Positions 9,415 to 19,332 of a DNA stretch of 64,000 nt are shown piece by piece. Origin of the DNA: Bacteroidota bacterium (lineage in GTDB: Bacteria > Bacteroidota > Bacteroidia > 2-12-FULL-35-15). Both the position numbers and the translations under genes were made by a program. Position 1 is the stretch's first letter. The number at the start of each line of letters is the position of its first letter. The notes beneath the pieces were generated by a model, which was not told the DNA's origin, did not search any database, and saw only the letters and a list, made by a program, of their open reading frames with translations. The DNA lies in NCBI GenBank assembly GCA_025963775.1, contig JAOQAD010000012.1:195056-259055 (forward strand). Reading direction: 5' to 3'.

Positions 9415-9951
9415 ATGACTTTAAAAAAAGCAATACCGGAATCTTCCGAAACACGCATTTTGCTTGATTCGTACGATGATATTTTTTCTGATTTCGATCC
9501 CGGCGAATATTCAGAAAGGACTTTGTCAGATGATTTTATTATCCAGTCGAAAAAAATTGCAAGAAATAAAAACGAAAATAAACCTGTGCTAAAACTTCTT
9601 TTGCCGGCCGGCAAACGGAATGAGCAGGAAGAAAAAGTGATTGTAAAAAGGCTGCATTCCTATTTTAAAAATGTGCATGAACAGTTGGAAACAGAAGCGC
9701 GAAGAGCAAAAAGAACAGGCTGGTTACTGACTTTAATTGGAATTATTGTAATGGTAGTGGCAAGCTATATTTCGTTCATGAAGCCGCAAAAATATTATGT
9801 GCATGTTTTGCTGGTACTGTTTGAACCGGGCGGTTGGTTCTTATTATGGACCGGGCTCGATCACTTGGTTTATTCTTCAAAGGAAGCGAAAAAAGACCGC
9901 ACTTTTTATCTCCGGATGATCAAATCTGAAATTATTTTTCTTACACATTAG
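9415..9951 (+). CDS. Hypothetical membrane protein (two C-terminal TM helices), low-GC orphan
   Basis: 178-aa ORF with no motif I recognise. Hand count gives 20/60 G+C in 9481-9540. Confidence 0.5.
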   Translation: MTLKKAIPESSETRILLDSYDDIFSDFDPGEYSERTLSDDFIIQSKKIARNKNENKPVLKLLLPAGKRNEQEEKVIVKRLHSYFKNVHEQLETEARRAKRTGWLLTLIGIIVMVVASYISFMKPQKYYVHVLLVLFEPGGWFLLWTGLDHLVYSSKEAKKDRTFYLRMIKSEIIFLTH

Positions 9952-10066
9952 TTTAAATTTCTCCGCTACAGCCGGAATAATGTACTATGTATAATGCAAC
10001 GCTGATCTTTATGCTGTATATTATGATCGCGATCTATGATTTTTTATAATTGATGTACTGTGTGTT

Positions 10067-10226
10067 GTCAGTTCGAGTGTTTTTCCTTTTCGGAAAAATG
10101 TATCGAGAACGTGCGCGGGTTTTTATCTTTTCTCGCAAAGATGCTAAGAACGCAAAGCCTATTCTCGCAGAGGCGCAGAGAACGCAGAGTGTTGTGCGTT
10201 GTCATTTCGAGCGAAGTCGGGAAAGT
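10067..10226. repeat. Composite repeat block (family A half-element, then CTCTGCG-type motif, then GTCATTTCGAG element)
   Basis: 10067-10110 is gtcagttcgagt-hairpin-gtatcgagaac. 10131-10189 is ttctcgcagaggcgcagagaacgcagag plus a degenerate copy. 10201-10226 is gtcatttcgagcgaagtcgggaaagtac. Confidence 0.7.
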
Positions 10227-10828
10227 ACGGTGGCCGTAAGCCTCGTCGCCAGCCATGCCACAAAAGGTGCCACGATCACATCAATGCTGTAATGCACATG
10301 CTGCAGCATCAGCAGAACGCCGATCAGTATGGCTGCCACACCAAATATAATTTTGAGCAAAGTATTTTTAAATGCAAATGCAAACAAAAAAATAGTGGCC
10401 GTATGTCCCGAGAAAAATAAATCTTTCAGGTTCGCCCTCCCGGAATAAAAAGAAAAGCGGAGCAGCACATCTTCGAGCGGAATGATGCCGGCAGGTGGCT
10501 CCAGCGGCAACAGGTACAGGCTGCAGATCCTCAATACTGTTAACACCGCATAAGCGGCCAGCAGCTTCACAAATACAGGCGGATCAAACAAAGCAATGAC
10601 CAGCCCTGTGATTGCAAATCCATAGGTAAGGATAAATGTAAGGAGGGAAAGATCGCGTGCGGAAAATAAATTCAGCACCGGATCATTGAAATGATAGCCG
10701 CTGCGGGCTTCGTTAAAAGTAAGGAAATGCAGAAAGGCGAACAGGATCAGCGCAAGTGATCCTGCTGTAATAATAAATACGTTCGTGTTTTTCCGTTCCG
10801 AAAAAAAAGATCTCCAGGCAGCTTTCAT
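10202..10828 (-). CDS. PAP2_C / sphingomyelin-synthase-like integral membrane phosphotransferase
   Basis: 208 aa with about 6 TM helices. The paired motifs FFSGHTAT and HYSIDVIVAPF correspond to the SGHT and HY(T/S)xDV motifs of the SMS/PAP2_C family. Confidence 0.6.
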   Translation of the reverse strand: MKAAWRSFFSERKNTNVFIITAGSLALILFAFLHFLTFNEARSGYHFNDPVLNLFSARDLSLLTFILTYGFAITGLVIALFDPPVFVKLLAAYAVLTVLRICSLYLLPLEPPAGIIPLEDVLLRFSFYSGRANLKDLFFSGHTATIFLFAFAFKNTLLKIIFGVAAILIGVLLMLQHVHYSIDVIVAPFVAWLATRLTATVLSRLRSK

Positions 10829-10879
10829 TGGTCATACTGATTGCATTCGAACTATTCTTTTAACGAAAATTTTATTAGC

Positions 10880-10977
10880 GTCAGTTCGAGTAATGAGGTA
10901 CGAGTGTATCGGGAACAAGCAAAAATACTTCCCAACAACACTTCCCGATGCTCTCCCTTTGGTCGAACTCGGTTGAC
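10880..10977. repeat. Family A long palindromic element (copy A2)
   Basis: Runs gtcagttcgagtaatgaggtacgagtgtatcgggaac ... cttcccgatgc ... ggtcgaactcggttgac, with terminal and internal inverted repeats. Confidence 0.7.
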
Positions 10978-11008
10978 ATCACGATTAATTCAATATTATG
11001 TATACTAT

Positions 11009-11731
11009 TTAAAGGCTCATCATGTCTTTCAGCTTGGCAGCCTGCCTGCGCGAGATCTCCACCTGTTCACCACCGCGCAGCTTTACCATCAGTCCGCCGT
11101 TGAACCAGTTCTCAATACCTTCCACCCATTTCAGGTTGATGATGTGCTTCCTGCTTGCACGGAAGAAAGTACGGTTGTTCAGACGCTCATCAAGATTATT
11201 CAGCGAGCGCAGGATCAGCGGGCGGTTCTTTTCAAAATGCACACGCACATAATTTCCCTCGCTCTCAAACAAGCGGACATCTGATAATTTCACGAACCAG
11301 CATTTTTCACCGTCCTTCACAAACACCTGGTCGTTGTCGTTCAAAGGCTGCGTCTGCTCTTTCTGCTCCTGCGATACCGACGCATCCCTGTTCAATATCT
11401 TTTTCACCGTTTCCGCAAGGCGGTTGGGCTGAACAGGCTTCAATAAATAATCCAGCGCATTCACTTCAAAAGCACGGATGGCATATTCGTCGTACGCCGT
11501 CACAAACACCACTTCGGGCAATCCGCTGATCTCTTCCAGCAATTCGAAACCGTTCTTCCCGGGCATCTGGATGTCGAGGAAAATAACATCGGGCTTCAGG
11601 TTTTTAATGCTTTCAATAGCAGTTTCTGCATTGTTTGCTTCGCCAACCACCTGGATCTCCGGGTAAGGTGCCAGCAGGCTTTTCAGTTCCTGGCGGGCAA
11701 GGCGCTCATCGTCTATCAATAGTGCTTTCAT
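11009..11731 (-). CDS. LytTR-family response regulator
   Basis: The receiver domain (LIDDERLARQEL...DVIFLDIQMPG...LLKP) is followed by a C-terminal LytTR DNA-binding domain. Confidence 0.9.
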   Translation of the reverse strand: MKALLIDDERLARQELKSLLAPYPEIQVVGEANNAETAIESIKNLKPDVIFLDIQMPGKNGFELLEEISGLPEVVFVTAYDEYAIRAFEVNALDYLLKPVQPNRLAETVKKILNRDASVSQEQKEQTQPLNDNDQVFVKDGEKCWFVKLSDVRLFESEGNYVRVHFEKNRPLILRSLNNLDERLNNRTFFRASRKHIINLKWVEGIENWFNGGLMVKLRGGEQVEISRRQAAKLKDMMSL

Positions 11732-11742
11732 GTGTATGGATT

Positions 11743-12783
11743 TTATTCGATCGTATTTTTCGGGATCACCAGCTCGGTCAATACCGTTGTATTATTTTCA
11801 TTGCTGATCTTTAATGATGCGGCCTTACCGTACAGGAGCTGCAGGCGCTGCAACGTATTTTTGATGCCGAAGCCGCTGTCTGTTTCCTTTGCTTCGCTGA
11901 TCTGCCCGCTGTTCCTGATCAAAATGAGCAGCTGCTCATTGAGCACGTTTGTTTTAATTTCCAAAACGCCACCTGCAGTAAGCCTTGAAATTCCATGCTT
12001 GATGCCATTCTCCACCAGCGTCTGGATCATCAGCGGCGGAACCTGGAACTGCCGGCTGTCCGGGTGAATGTCTACGGTAGATTTCAACCGCTCTTCATAA
12101 CGGATCGATTCCAGCGCAAGGTAATCATTCACGATCTTCAGCTCCTCCTCAAATGGGATCACTTTGTTCTTGCCCATCTGCAGCGTGTTGCGCAGGATGT
12201 TCGACAACTGCGTGATGGCATCTTTCGACTTGCCCGGATTTTCATCCACCAATGCGCGGATGCTGTTCATCGCATTGAACATAAAATGCGGGTTGAGCTG
12301 CGATTTCAGCTTGTTCAGCTCTATCTCGTTAATGGATGCTTCCCATTTTAAATTCTCGATCTCGGCCTTCTTATAATTTTCAATGAAGTGAAATGAAAAA
12401 TAGAACAATGACCAGAAGAACAATACGAAGGCAAGGTTAAGGATGTTCCCGGCAATGGTCACAAAATTTTCATGCTTGGCGCCGGCAATATCAATGCTCA
12501 GCTCAATGCCGTACTGCGCATAATCCATAATGGTGGCAAACACCACGGTGGCAATGATCACACGCGGAATGAGATAAAGTGTTTTCAGCTTCAGCCAGCC
12601 AAACCGTACGATCATGTTCCTGTACACATGCGATACCGCGATACCAAAGAGGAACATCAGGCTCTGGCTGATGGCAACATTTGTATTGAATGCGTTCTGC
12701 AGCTTAAAGAACAGGCTATTGAACAGCACGTAAAATAACCAACCGCTGACCTGGCAGATCCAATACAGATTTTTTTTGCTCAT
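11743..12783 (-). CDS. LytS/YehU-type sensor histidine kinase
   Basis: N-terminal TM helices are followed by the His_kinase motif LNPHFMFNAMNSIRALV and an HATPase region. It lies 11 nt upstream of the LytTR regulator. Confidence 0.85.
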   Translation of the reverse strand: MSKKNLYWICQVSGWLFYVLFNSLFFKLQNAFNTNVAISQSLMFLFGIAVSHVYRNMIVRFGWLKLKTLYLIPRVIIATVVFATIMDYAQYGIELSIDIAGAKHENFVTIAGNILNLAFVLFFWSLFYFSFHFIENYKKAEIENLKWEASINEIELNKLKSQLNPHFMFNAMNSIRALVDENPGKSKDAITQLSNILRNTLQMGKNKVIPFEEELKIVNDYLALESIRYEERLKSTVDIHPDSRQFQVPPLMIQTLVENGIKHGISRLTAGGVLEIKTNVLNEQLLILIRNSGQISEAKETDSGFGIKNTLQRLQLLYGKAASLKISNENNTTVLTELVIPKNTIE

Positions 12784-12798
12784 TGCAAAAAGCGTTTG

Positions 12799-14646
12799 TT
12801 AGTGTTTTCCGATCCAGGCCGCACGCACCTGCAATTGCTTTGGCGTGGGGTCCGGCAGCAGCGCCAGGTTTGATTTCCGCGAAGGGATCACGCGAAATAC
12901 TTTGGAGTGCAGCTTCACTTTTTTTGCCCTTCCTTTTTCCGTTTTTTTACGCAGTACCACCACCTTCAGCACATCTCCTTCCTTCACATTTGTAATATAA
13001 TCGGAGATCAGCACCTGTGCATTTTCAAGCGTCAGCTTTTTCCCGTTGAATTTCAGGATCTCATCGTATTCCTGGTAACCCATTGCTTTCCCGAAATCAT
13101 CCATGTTGGGCGTATTTACAATGATCAGCCTGTTTGTTGCAGCATTCAGCCCGATCGAGACACCGCCAAGCGTGAACTCCTTGTTTTTCGACTGTACACC
13201 AAAGCCGATGCCTGCAAGCGCAAGTGTTTCCGATATCGGTAGCGGCTCGGAGCCTGCTACATAACGCTTCAGGAAATCCCCGATCTCCGGGTAAGTAAGC
13301 TTCACGATCTGCGCGAATAATTCTTCATCTTTAAAGGAGCGCTCTTTTCCATAGGTTTTGGAAAGGTCTTTCATTAATTCCTGCAGGCCGTATTTTCCAT
13401 CCGACAAGGATCTTAATTTAAGATCGAGGCACATGCCGATCAGTGCGCCTTTCTGGTACACATTGTTGTATTGTTCATGGTACTTTGTCAGGCATTCCCT
13501 GCTCATCACTGTAAAAGGAAGCGAATCATTGTAAGCTGCCGCTCCTGACATTTTATCTTCGATCAAATGCAGGTATTCGTCAACGCTCATCTTCCCGTAT
13601 TTCACCTGCACAAGCCCGGCTGCGTATTCGGTGGTGCCTTCGTACAGCCAGAGGTGCTCCGACATCTGCGGATTGTTATAATCGAAATTTCCGATCTGCT
13701 CTGCGTGAATGCTCAAAGGCGTTACAATGTGAAAGAACTCGTGCGCCGAAACACTGGTAATCGTCTGTGCCAGCTGTTCGCCCTGCATTTCAGGGAGAAA
13801 GTACATGGATGAATACGAATGCTCCAGCGCACCGCTCGCGCCGGAACCGCTTTCCACTCCCGTGAGGTAGATCAGGTATGCATATTTTTTTATCGGCAGT
13901 GAACCGCCAAGGTATTCTTCCTGCGCGGCAAGGATCTCGTTGATCTTACCGGCAATGAATTTAGAAGTGGTGACTTTGTTTGGAGAATAAAGCGAGATGA
14001 TGATCTGTGCACCACCAACATTAAGCACCGTTGTATCCGGAACATTGTACATCATCGGTGCATCCTGCAAACGGTAATAATCGGGCACCGAATACGTATC
14101 TATATTCCCGTTATAGCTCACATCCGGCAGGCTGCAGGTTCCATAGAAAGAAGCAGGATGTGTAATGTTGATCGTGTATGGATTGCGAAGCATGCCGTCG
14201 AAATAACCAAAAAGGCAATGCGTGTTCAGCATAAAATTTTTCCCTGCTTCGAAATTACTGCCTCCCGGCTCAAACACAAATTTTTCCTTGATGTTGGTAT
14301 CCCAGGTATCCTCTACCTTGTATGTGATCTTCACAAGCTTTTTTGCATCGGAGATCTTCCAGCTGTTCTTATCCGTTTGCTCCACCTTCAGCTCTTTGCC
14401 TTCTGCATCCAATGCTTTGAACTCAGATACAAAGCGCCCGAAATCATAGATCTCGTAAGTGCCCGGCACCATTTTCGGAAGGCGATAGGTGATCTCGGAA
14501 ACATTGAGTTCCGGGCTCTGCAGCTCGATGAGCAGCTTATCGTCGGTGCAGTTTTCGAGGTTGACCGAAAACAGGTAGTTATTCCCTGCAAGGCTGTTGG
14601 ATACCATTACAATGGAAAGGATCAAGTATAAAAAGAAGTGTTTCAT
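12799..14646 (-). CDS. Secreted zinc metallopeptidase (M61-like) with C-terminal PDZ domain
   Basis: Has a signal peptide, an HEXXH motif (SAHEFFHIV), a downstream LWLYEGTTEY block and a C-terminal PDZ-like segment. The family assignment is from memory. Confidence 0.55.
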   Translation of the reverse strand: MKHFFLYLILSIVMVSNSLAGNNYLFSVNLENCTDDKLLIELQSPELNVSEITYRLPKMVPGTYEIYDFGRFVSEFKALDAEGKELKVEQTDKNSWKISDAKKLVKITYKVEDTWDTNIKEKFVFEPGGSNFEAGKNFMLNTHCLFGYFDGMLRNPYTINITHPASFYGTCSLPDVSYNGNIDTYSVPDYYRLQDAPMMYNVPDTTVLNVGGAQIIISLYSPNKVTTSKFIAGKINEILAAQEEYLGGSLPIKKYAYLIYLTGVESGSGASGALEHSYSSMYFLPEMQGEQLAQTITSVSAHEFFHIVTPLSIHAEQIGNFDYNNPQMSEHLWLYEGTTEYAAGLVQVKYGKMSVDEYLHLIEDKMSGAAAYNDSLPFTVMSRECLTKYHEQYNNVYQKGALIGMCLDLKLRSLSDGKYGLQELMKDLSKTYGKERSFKDEELFAQIVKLTYPEIGDFLKRYVAGSEPLPISETLALAGIGFGVQSKNKEFTLGGVSIGLNAATNRLIIVNTPNMDDFGKAMGYQEYDEILKFNGKKLTLENAQVLISDYITNVKEGDVLKVVVLRKKTEKGRAKKVKLHSKVFRVIPSRKSNLALLPDPTPKQLQVRAAWIGKH

Positions 14647-14679
14647 AAATGGAGATGAAAAGCGAATGTAAAAATAAAT

Positions 14680-14710
14680 AAGGGAATGGCTGCTACGGTA
14701 CCATTCCCTT
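14680..14710 (-). terminator. Terminator after the cyclophilin gene
   Basis: aagggaatgg / ccattccctt is a 10-bp stem. On the minus strand it is followed by a T-rich tract (atttattttt). Confidence 0.5.
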
Positions 14711-14836
14711 TTGAAAAGAACCTTATGACACGTCTAACAGTGTTCCTAAGAATAATTTCATGACAAACTTACGACATGCATTGCTGGTTATTCAAACAAT
14801 TACATGAATGGTAAATTTTTGCTGTTAGCGGAAAAA

Positions 14837-15271
14837 TTATGCTTCAGTGACTGTGATCTTTTCGATCACATCGCCCTGGCGAATGGAATCGATCACATCA
14901 AGGCCTTCCACTACCTTGCCGAAGCAGGTATGCTTGCGGTCGAGATGCGCTGTCTGCGCCCTGCTCATTACGATAAAGAACTGGGAGCCGCCTGTATCAC
15001 GCCCTGCATGCGCCATTGAAAGCACACCTTTGTCGTGGAACTGGTTATCCCCTGTTAATTCACATTTGATGGTGTAGCCCGGGCCGCCTGTTCCTGTGCC
15101 TTTCGGACATCCGCCCTGGAGCACGAATCCGGGGATCACGCGGTGAAATGTAAGGCCATCATAAAAGCCTTTTTTTGCGAGGTCTGTAAAATTTTTCACT
15201 GTTCCGGGAGCATCTTTTTCGAAAAACTCCACTTTCATTATTCCTTTTGCTGTAACGATTTCTGCTTTCAT
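14837..15271 (-). CDS. Peptidylprolyl isomerase (cyclophilin type)
   Basis: [13 protein letters not shown]...GTGGPGY...[15 protein letters not shown] is the cyclophilin signature. Confidence 0.9.
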   Translation of the reverse strand: MKAEIVTAKGIMKVEFFEKDAPGTVKNFTDLAKKGFYDGLTFHRVIPGFVLQGGCPKGTGTGGPGYTIKCELTGDNQFHDKGVLSMAHAGRDTGGSQFFIVMSRAQTAHLDRKHTCFGKVVEGLDVIDSIRQGDVIEKITVTEA

Positions 15272-15295
15272 GACGTATTTATTAATTGAATGACA

Positions 15296-15654
15296 AATAT
15301 AGCTAACTCCGAAATACGAATTTATACTAATTTACGAAATACGAACCTGGTGTCATTGCGGGAAGGTACGACGAAGCAATCTCATCCACCGAAATACGAA
15401 TCTGTACGAATTTTACGAATTACCAATCGGGGTGCGAATCGCGAATCTTTACGAATTTACGAATCTGTGTGTCATTGCGAGGAGGTACGACGAAGCAATC
15501 TCTTGTACGGATCGCGTTACGAATTTGCGAATCTCGCTAACTGAGTTTTATTAGCGTCAGTTCGAGTAACGAGGCACGAGTGTATCGAGAACAAGCCAGA
15601 GAGAATGCACAACACCTGCTAATAAACAGATCCCGTGTCGGGGCACGGGATGAC
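15296..15654. repeat. TACGAAT-rich array interleaved with hairpin repeats
   Basis: More than 10 copies of tacgaat/gcgaat heptamers. Hairpins gtcattgcg(g/a)ggaaggtacgacgaagcaatctc lie at 15352-15383 and 15471-15502. A family A half-element lies at 15556-15595, and gatcccgtgtcggggcacgggatgac lies at 15629-15654. Confidence 0.75.
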
Positions 15655-15865
15655 AGACATCAATTAACCAACTATATTTTCATCCGGCACCTCATTGCCC
15701 AAAACCATTGATTTAATTGCCACACAGACTGGCATTCTTTTTTTGTTTCAAAATAAATAGGGGGTTAACATTAATTAACACTTGCTTTTTTCGAAAAAAT
15801 ATACATCTTTGCATATCCGAAAAAATATATGGACCCCGATAGTTATAAATTTTGTTGTTTATTAA

Positions 15866-16774
15866 ATGAAAAAGATCTTCTTTTCAATACTCCTTTTTTC
15901 ATCGCTGCAGCCGGCATTTGCCAGCGCGGATAACAACATCATTGACTCTGCTGAAATTACCCTTTCCACTGCAATAGATACAGTACCTTTTGTTCTTGAC
16001 GAAGAAGAGATGATGGATTATAACGATTCATTGGTCTCTTTTCCTGCTTATGACCTTTACTGCGGATGGGATACCGTTAATATCCATTCTATTAAGTTCG
16101 ATGTCGCTTCCCTGAAGGACAGCACAAAGAACATTGTTTTGTTCGATGAGAAAAGCTGCGGATATGTTCATCCTTTCGAAGGAAAGATCACTTCTACATT
16201 CGGGCCGCGTAAAAAGCGCTATCACTACGGAGTGGACATTGACCTGGAAACGGGCGACTGTGTTGCCGCCGCTTTCGATGGAAAAGTGCGGATCGCGAAG
16301 AAAAGCAAATCATACGGGAATGTAATTGTGATCCGTCATGCGAACGGGCTCGAAACCTATTATGCCCACCTTTCCAAGATCAACGTGGAGATAGGGCAGG
16401 AAGTATTTGCAGGACAGGTGATCGGACTGGGCGGAAATACAGGCCGTTCAAGAGGAAGCCACCTTCATTTTGAAGTGCGTTACATGGGCCAGCCGCTGAA
16501 TCCTTCACAACTGATCTCATTCGATCAGCATAAATTATTGTCCGACACGCTCACACTTTCCAGCAAAACATTCAATTACCTCTCAGAAGCAAAAAAGGCA
16601 GCCGCGAAAAGCTATTCTGCGAAAGGTGGTAAAGGCAAGATCTATGTTGTGAAAAAAGGCGATACGCTTTCTGCGATCGCGAAGAAGTACGGCACCACGA
16701 CAAAGGCGCTCTGCCAGAAGAACGGCATCAAACCAACGGCAAAGCTTCGCCTGGGCCAGAAGATCAAAACCTAA
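15866..16774 (+). CDS. M23 family metallopeptidase with C-terminal LysM domain
   Basis: Contains HYGVDI, GNVIVIRH and GRSRGSHLHFEV (M23 motifs), plus a C-terminal YVVKKGDTLSAIAKKYG LysM. Confidence 0.85.
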   Translation: MKKIFFSILLFSSLQPAFASADNNIIDSAEITLSTAIDTVPFVLDEEEMMDYNDSLVSFPAYDLYCGWDTVNIHSIKFDVASLKDSTKNIVLFDEKSCGYVHPFEGKITSTFGPRKKRYHYGVDIDLETGDCVAAAFDGKVRIAKKSKSYGNVIVIRHANGLETYYAHLSKINVEIGQEVFAGQVIGLGGNTGRSRGSHLHFEVRYMGQPLNPSQLISFDQHKLLSDTLTLSSKTFNYLSEAKKAAAKSYSAKGGKGKIYVVKKGDTLSAIAKKYGTTTKALCQKNGIKPTAKLRLGQKIKT

Positions 16775-18936
16775 AATCCGGATTCCTTCCAGATAAAACT
16801 CCTTGTTAACCTGTTGTAATACGCGAATTTCGAATTCTTTTCGAGCTTCAGCACTGCGCCGTTTTCAGGGCTGGCTTCATCCAGCTCGCAGGGGATCACA
16901 AATGCGCCGGAAAGGTCAATAAAGCCTGTTTTATCGTCGAGCTTCACTTCACACAATCCATCTTTGAATTCGCCCACCTCATCAAACATATACTCAACGA
17001 TCATTTTACCATTCCGGTTGATAAACCCGATCTCATCATTCTTTGAAACAGCCGCTATGCATTCTTTAAAATCAGTGGCCTTCTGGTATGCAAACGGGAT
17101 CTGCAGCTTCATTTTTTTATCGATATAGCCCCATTTATCTTTTTTCATGACCGCCGCAAGGCCTTCGCTGAAAGGCGAAATGCGGTCATAATCCTTGCCC
17201 GTTACATATTTCCCGGACTTGTCGATCAGTCCCTGTTTTTTATTTTTCTCCGCTACAGCGATGCCATCCCTGAATGAAAAGGAAACCAGCGATGTTTCAT
17301 TGAAATCATATTCAAGCGGAATGAACACAGCGCCATTCCTGTCGGCAAAACCGTATTTCCCTTCTTTCACTACAATGATCGCATCCTCGGAGAAATCGCC
17401 CAGGAGGTCGTATTCGCAGGGAATTACATAATCTCCTTTTTTGTTGATGATCCCGAATTTTTTCAGGGATTTCACCTTTGCCAGCCCGTTCTTAAAATTG
17501 TCCACCCAATCGTATTTGCAGGGAATCACGATCATTCCTTTTTTATCAATAAAGCCGCTTTGTCCGCCAAATTCAACCGCCGCAAGCCCTTCTTTAAAAT
17601 CTGCAGCTTTTGTATATACCACCGGGATCACAAGATTTCCCGCTTCATCCACATAGCCGTATTTCCCCTGCTTTTCAACAACAGCAAAGTCTTCTGAGAA
17701 TTCTGCGATCTCATCATAATCGTAATCCGCCACCAGCTTCCCTATTTTATTGATGATGCCGTATTTCCCGTTTTGCTTTACGATGGAAAATCCCTGGTGG
17801 AAGGCATCCACTTCCTCGTAAATAAAAGGAACGACCAGCGTTCCGGCTTTATTGATGAATCCCGGTTTTCCATTGAGGCCGCATTCCGCAAGCCCTTCGG
17901 AATATTCCTCCACCCATTCATAAATGCAGGAAATGCTCACATGCCCGAGGCTGTCTACAAAGCCCCATTTGCCATTTTCACGGACAGGGAACAATTGCTT
18001 CTGCGAAAGCTCGATGTCCTGGATCACCGCATCAATAAAGGGATAATCGGGATATTCCTTTTTGAAGCGGATGATGGATTCGGTTTTATAATCAGCCGTA
18101 TACATCGCGTACACATTGTGCCATGCGGTTTCCACGTTGTGATTGGAAGGGTATTTTTTAATGAAGCTGTAATATTCCTCAATCGTGCCGTGCAGCGTCG
18201 ACAAGGCATAGATCGCATTCTCGGCCTCACTGATGAAAGGACTGTTGGGCTGCTCCGAGATGAATTTTTCAAATTCCCCGATCGTGTTGTTTTTTGTGGA
18301 TGAGAGAAAAAGTGCCGAAGAATAGAGCTCTTTCGCCTCGCTCAGCTCTTTCGAGAATGGATATTTTTCAATGAATTCCCCGTAAGCCGTGTAAGTGCCT
18401 TCCTTTCGGGCAGCCTCAAAAGCCATTGCGTTGCGGAGATCGATCGCATCAAAGCATTGCGGCGCCGTCGGATAGGCGTCAATGAACTTATCCAGCGCAG
18501 TGACCGTACCTTTGGAGCGGTAGCTGTCGAAGGCCTTCAGATGGATCACTGCTTTTAGTGAATCGATCGTAAGAGGCGAAATATCGTATTTCAGCAGTAA
18601 AGGCATCGATTTTACAGGAAGGCGGTTAAAGGCACGCTCGGATAAAATAATGTATTTGTACGCGCTGTCGATGTTGGAAAAGGGATTGTCGCTGCGGGAA
18701 TAGATCACGCTCAGGCCATAGGCTGCGGGTGATGGCTGTTTTTTCAGCGAGCGCTCAAACAGGCGCTTCGCTTCAAAATAATTGTAGATTTTCAAGGCCT
18801 GGTATGCTTTGTCGATCTTATTCGCTTTCAGCGCAACACAGGAGCAAACCAAAACTGCGCTTAACAGCGTCCGTAACACATTCATAATTGCCTTTAAAAT
18901 TTCAGTAAAATTAACAATATCAGTTAATTTGTTCAT
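16771..18936 (-). CDS. WG-repeat (KWG) protein with N-terminal TPR-like region
   Basis: About 10 repeats of GKWGFVD/GKYGIINKxG type. The likely true start is MNVLRTLLSAVLV at 18885 (signal peptide). Confidence 0.75.
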   Translation of the reverse strand: MNKLTDIVNFTEILKAIMNVLRTLLSAVLVCSCVALKANKIDKAYQALKIYNYFEAKRLFERSLKKQPSPAAYGLSVIYSRSDNPFSNIDSAYKYIILSERAFNRLPVKSMPLLLKYDISPLTIDSLKAVIHLKAFDSYRSKGTVTALDKFIDAYPTAPQCFDAIDLRNAMAFEAARKEGTYTAYGEFIEKYPFSKELSEAKELYSSALFLSSTKNNTIGEFEKFISEQPNSPFISEAENAIYALSTLHGTIEEYYSFIKKYPSNHNVETAWHNVYAMYTADYKTESIIRFKKEYPDYPFIDAVIQDIELSQKQLFPVRENGKWGFVDSLGHVSISCIYEWVEEYSEGLAECGLNGKPGFINKAGTLVVPFIYEEVDAFHQGFSIVKQNGKYGIINKIGKLVADYDYDEIAEFSEDFAVVEKQGKYGYVDEAGNLVIPVVYTKAADFKEGLAAVEFGGQSGFIDKKGMIVIPCKYDWVDNFKNGLAKVKSLKKFGIINKKGDYVIPCEYDLLGDFSEDAIIVVKEGKYGFADRNGAVFIPLEYDFNETSLVSFSFRDGIAVAEKNKKQGLIDKSGKYVTGKDYDRISPFSEGLAAVMKKDKWGYIDKKMKLQIPFAYQKATDFKECIAAVSKNDEIGFINRNGKMIVEYMFDEVGEFKDGLCEVKLDDKTGFIDLSGAFVIPCELDEASPENGAVLKLEKNSKFAYYNRLTRSFIWKESGF

Positions 18937-18996
18937 TTATTTTTAAAACAGGCTACTTTAAAAAACCGTACTTTCACAACCCTAAATAAAAATACC

Positions 18997-19191
18997 ATGC
19001 TTTCGAGAGGACAAATCATTTTCGCCATCGTGTTCTTTGTAGCTTTTGTGATCGCGATCACCTGGGCTTATACCAAGGACAAGCAGGGAAACCGGGCTTT
19101 TTTCAAAGGAAGCTATAAAGTGCTCCTGTTCATTGTCCTGGTCTTCTTTTTACTGTTCGGGATCGTTAAAATGAAACACTGGATGTTTTAG
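18997..19191 (+). CDS. Small two-TM membrane protein
   Basis: 64 aa with two clear hydrophobic helices. Confidence 0.45.
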   Translation: MLSRGQIIFAIVFFVAFVIAITWAYTKDKQGNRAFFKGSYKVLLFIVLVFFLLFGIVKMKHWMF

Positions 19192-19332
19192 CGGTCCGAA
19201 ACCTAAGTTTTACTAAAAAAAAGACTTGTGCTGTAATCGTAATTTATTAATTTTGAGCCTAATAGGACCAAGCAAAAATGTTTTACGAATAAAAATCACC
19301 GATAAATTTGCATTTATCACCGATTAATTTTA

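Noticed and set aside
10050-10292. ORFs 10050..10292, 10785..10976 and 10841..11284 on the plus strand.
   Set aside because: They run through repeat elements and antisense to the PAP2-like and LytTR genes. The peptide strings (SVRVMRYECIGNK) recur wherever the repeat occurs.
15290-15544. An 84-aa ORF (…[12 protein letters not shown]…YESVRILRITN…).
   Set aside because: It is a translation of the TACGAAT heptamer array and hairpin repeats, not a gene.
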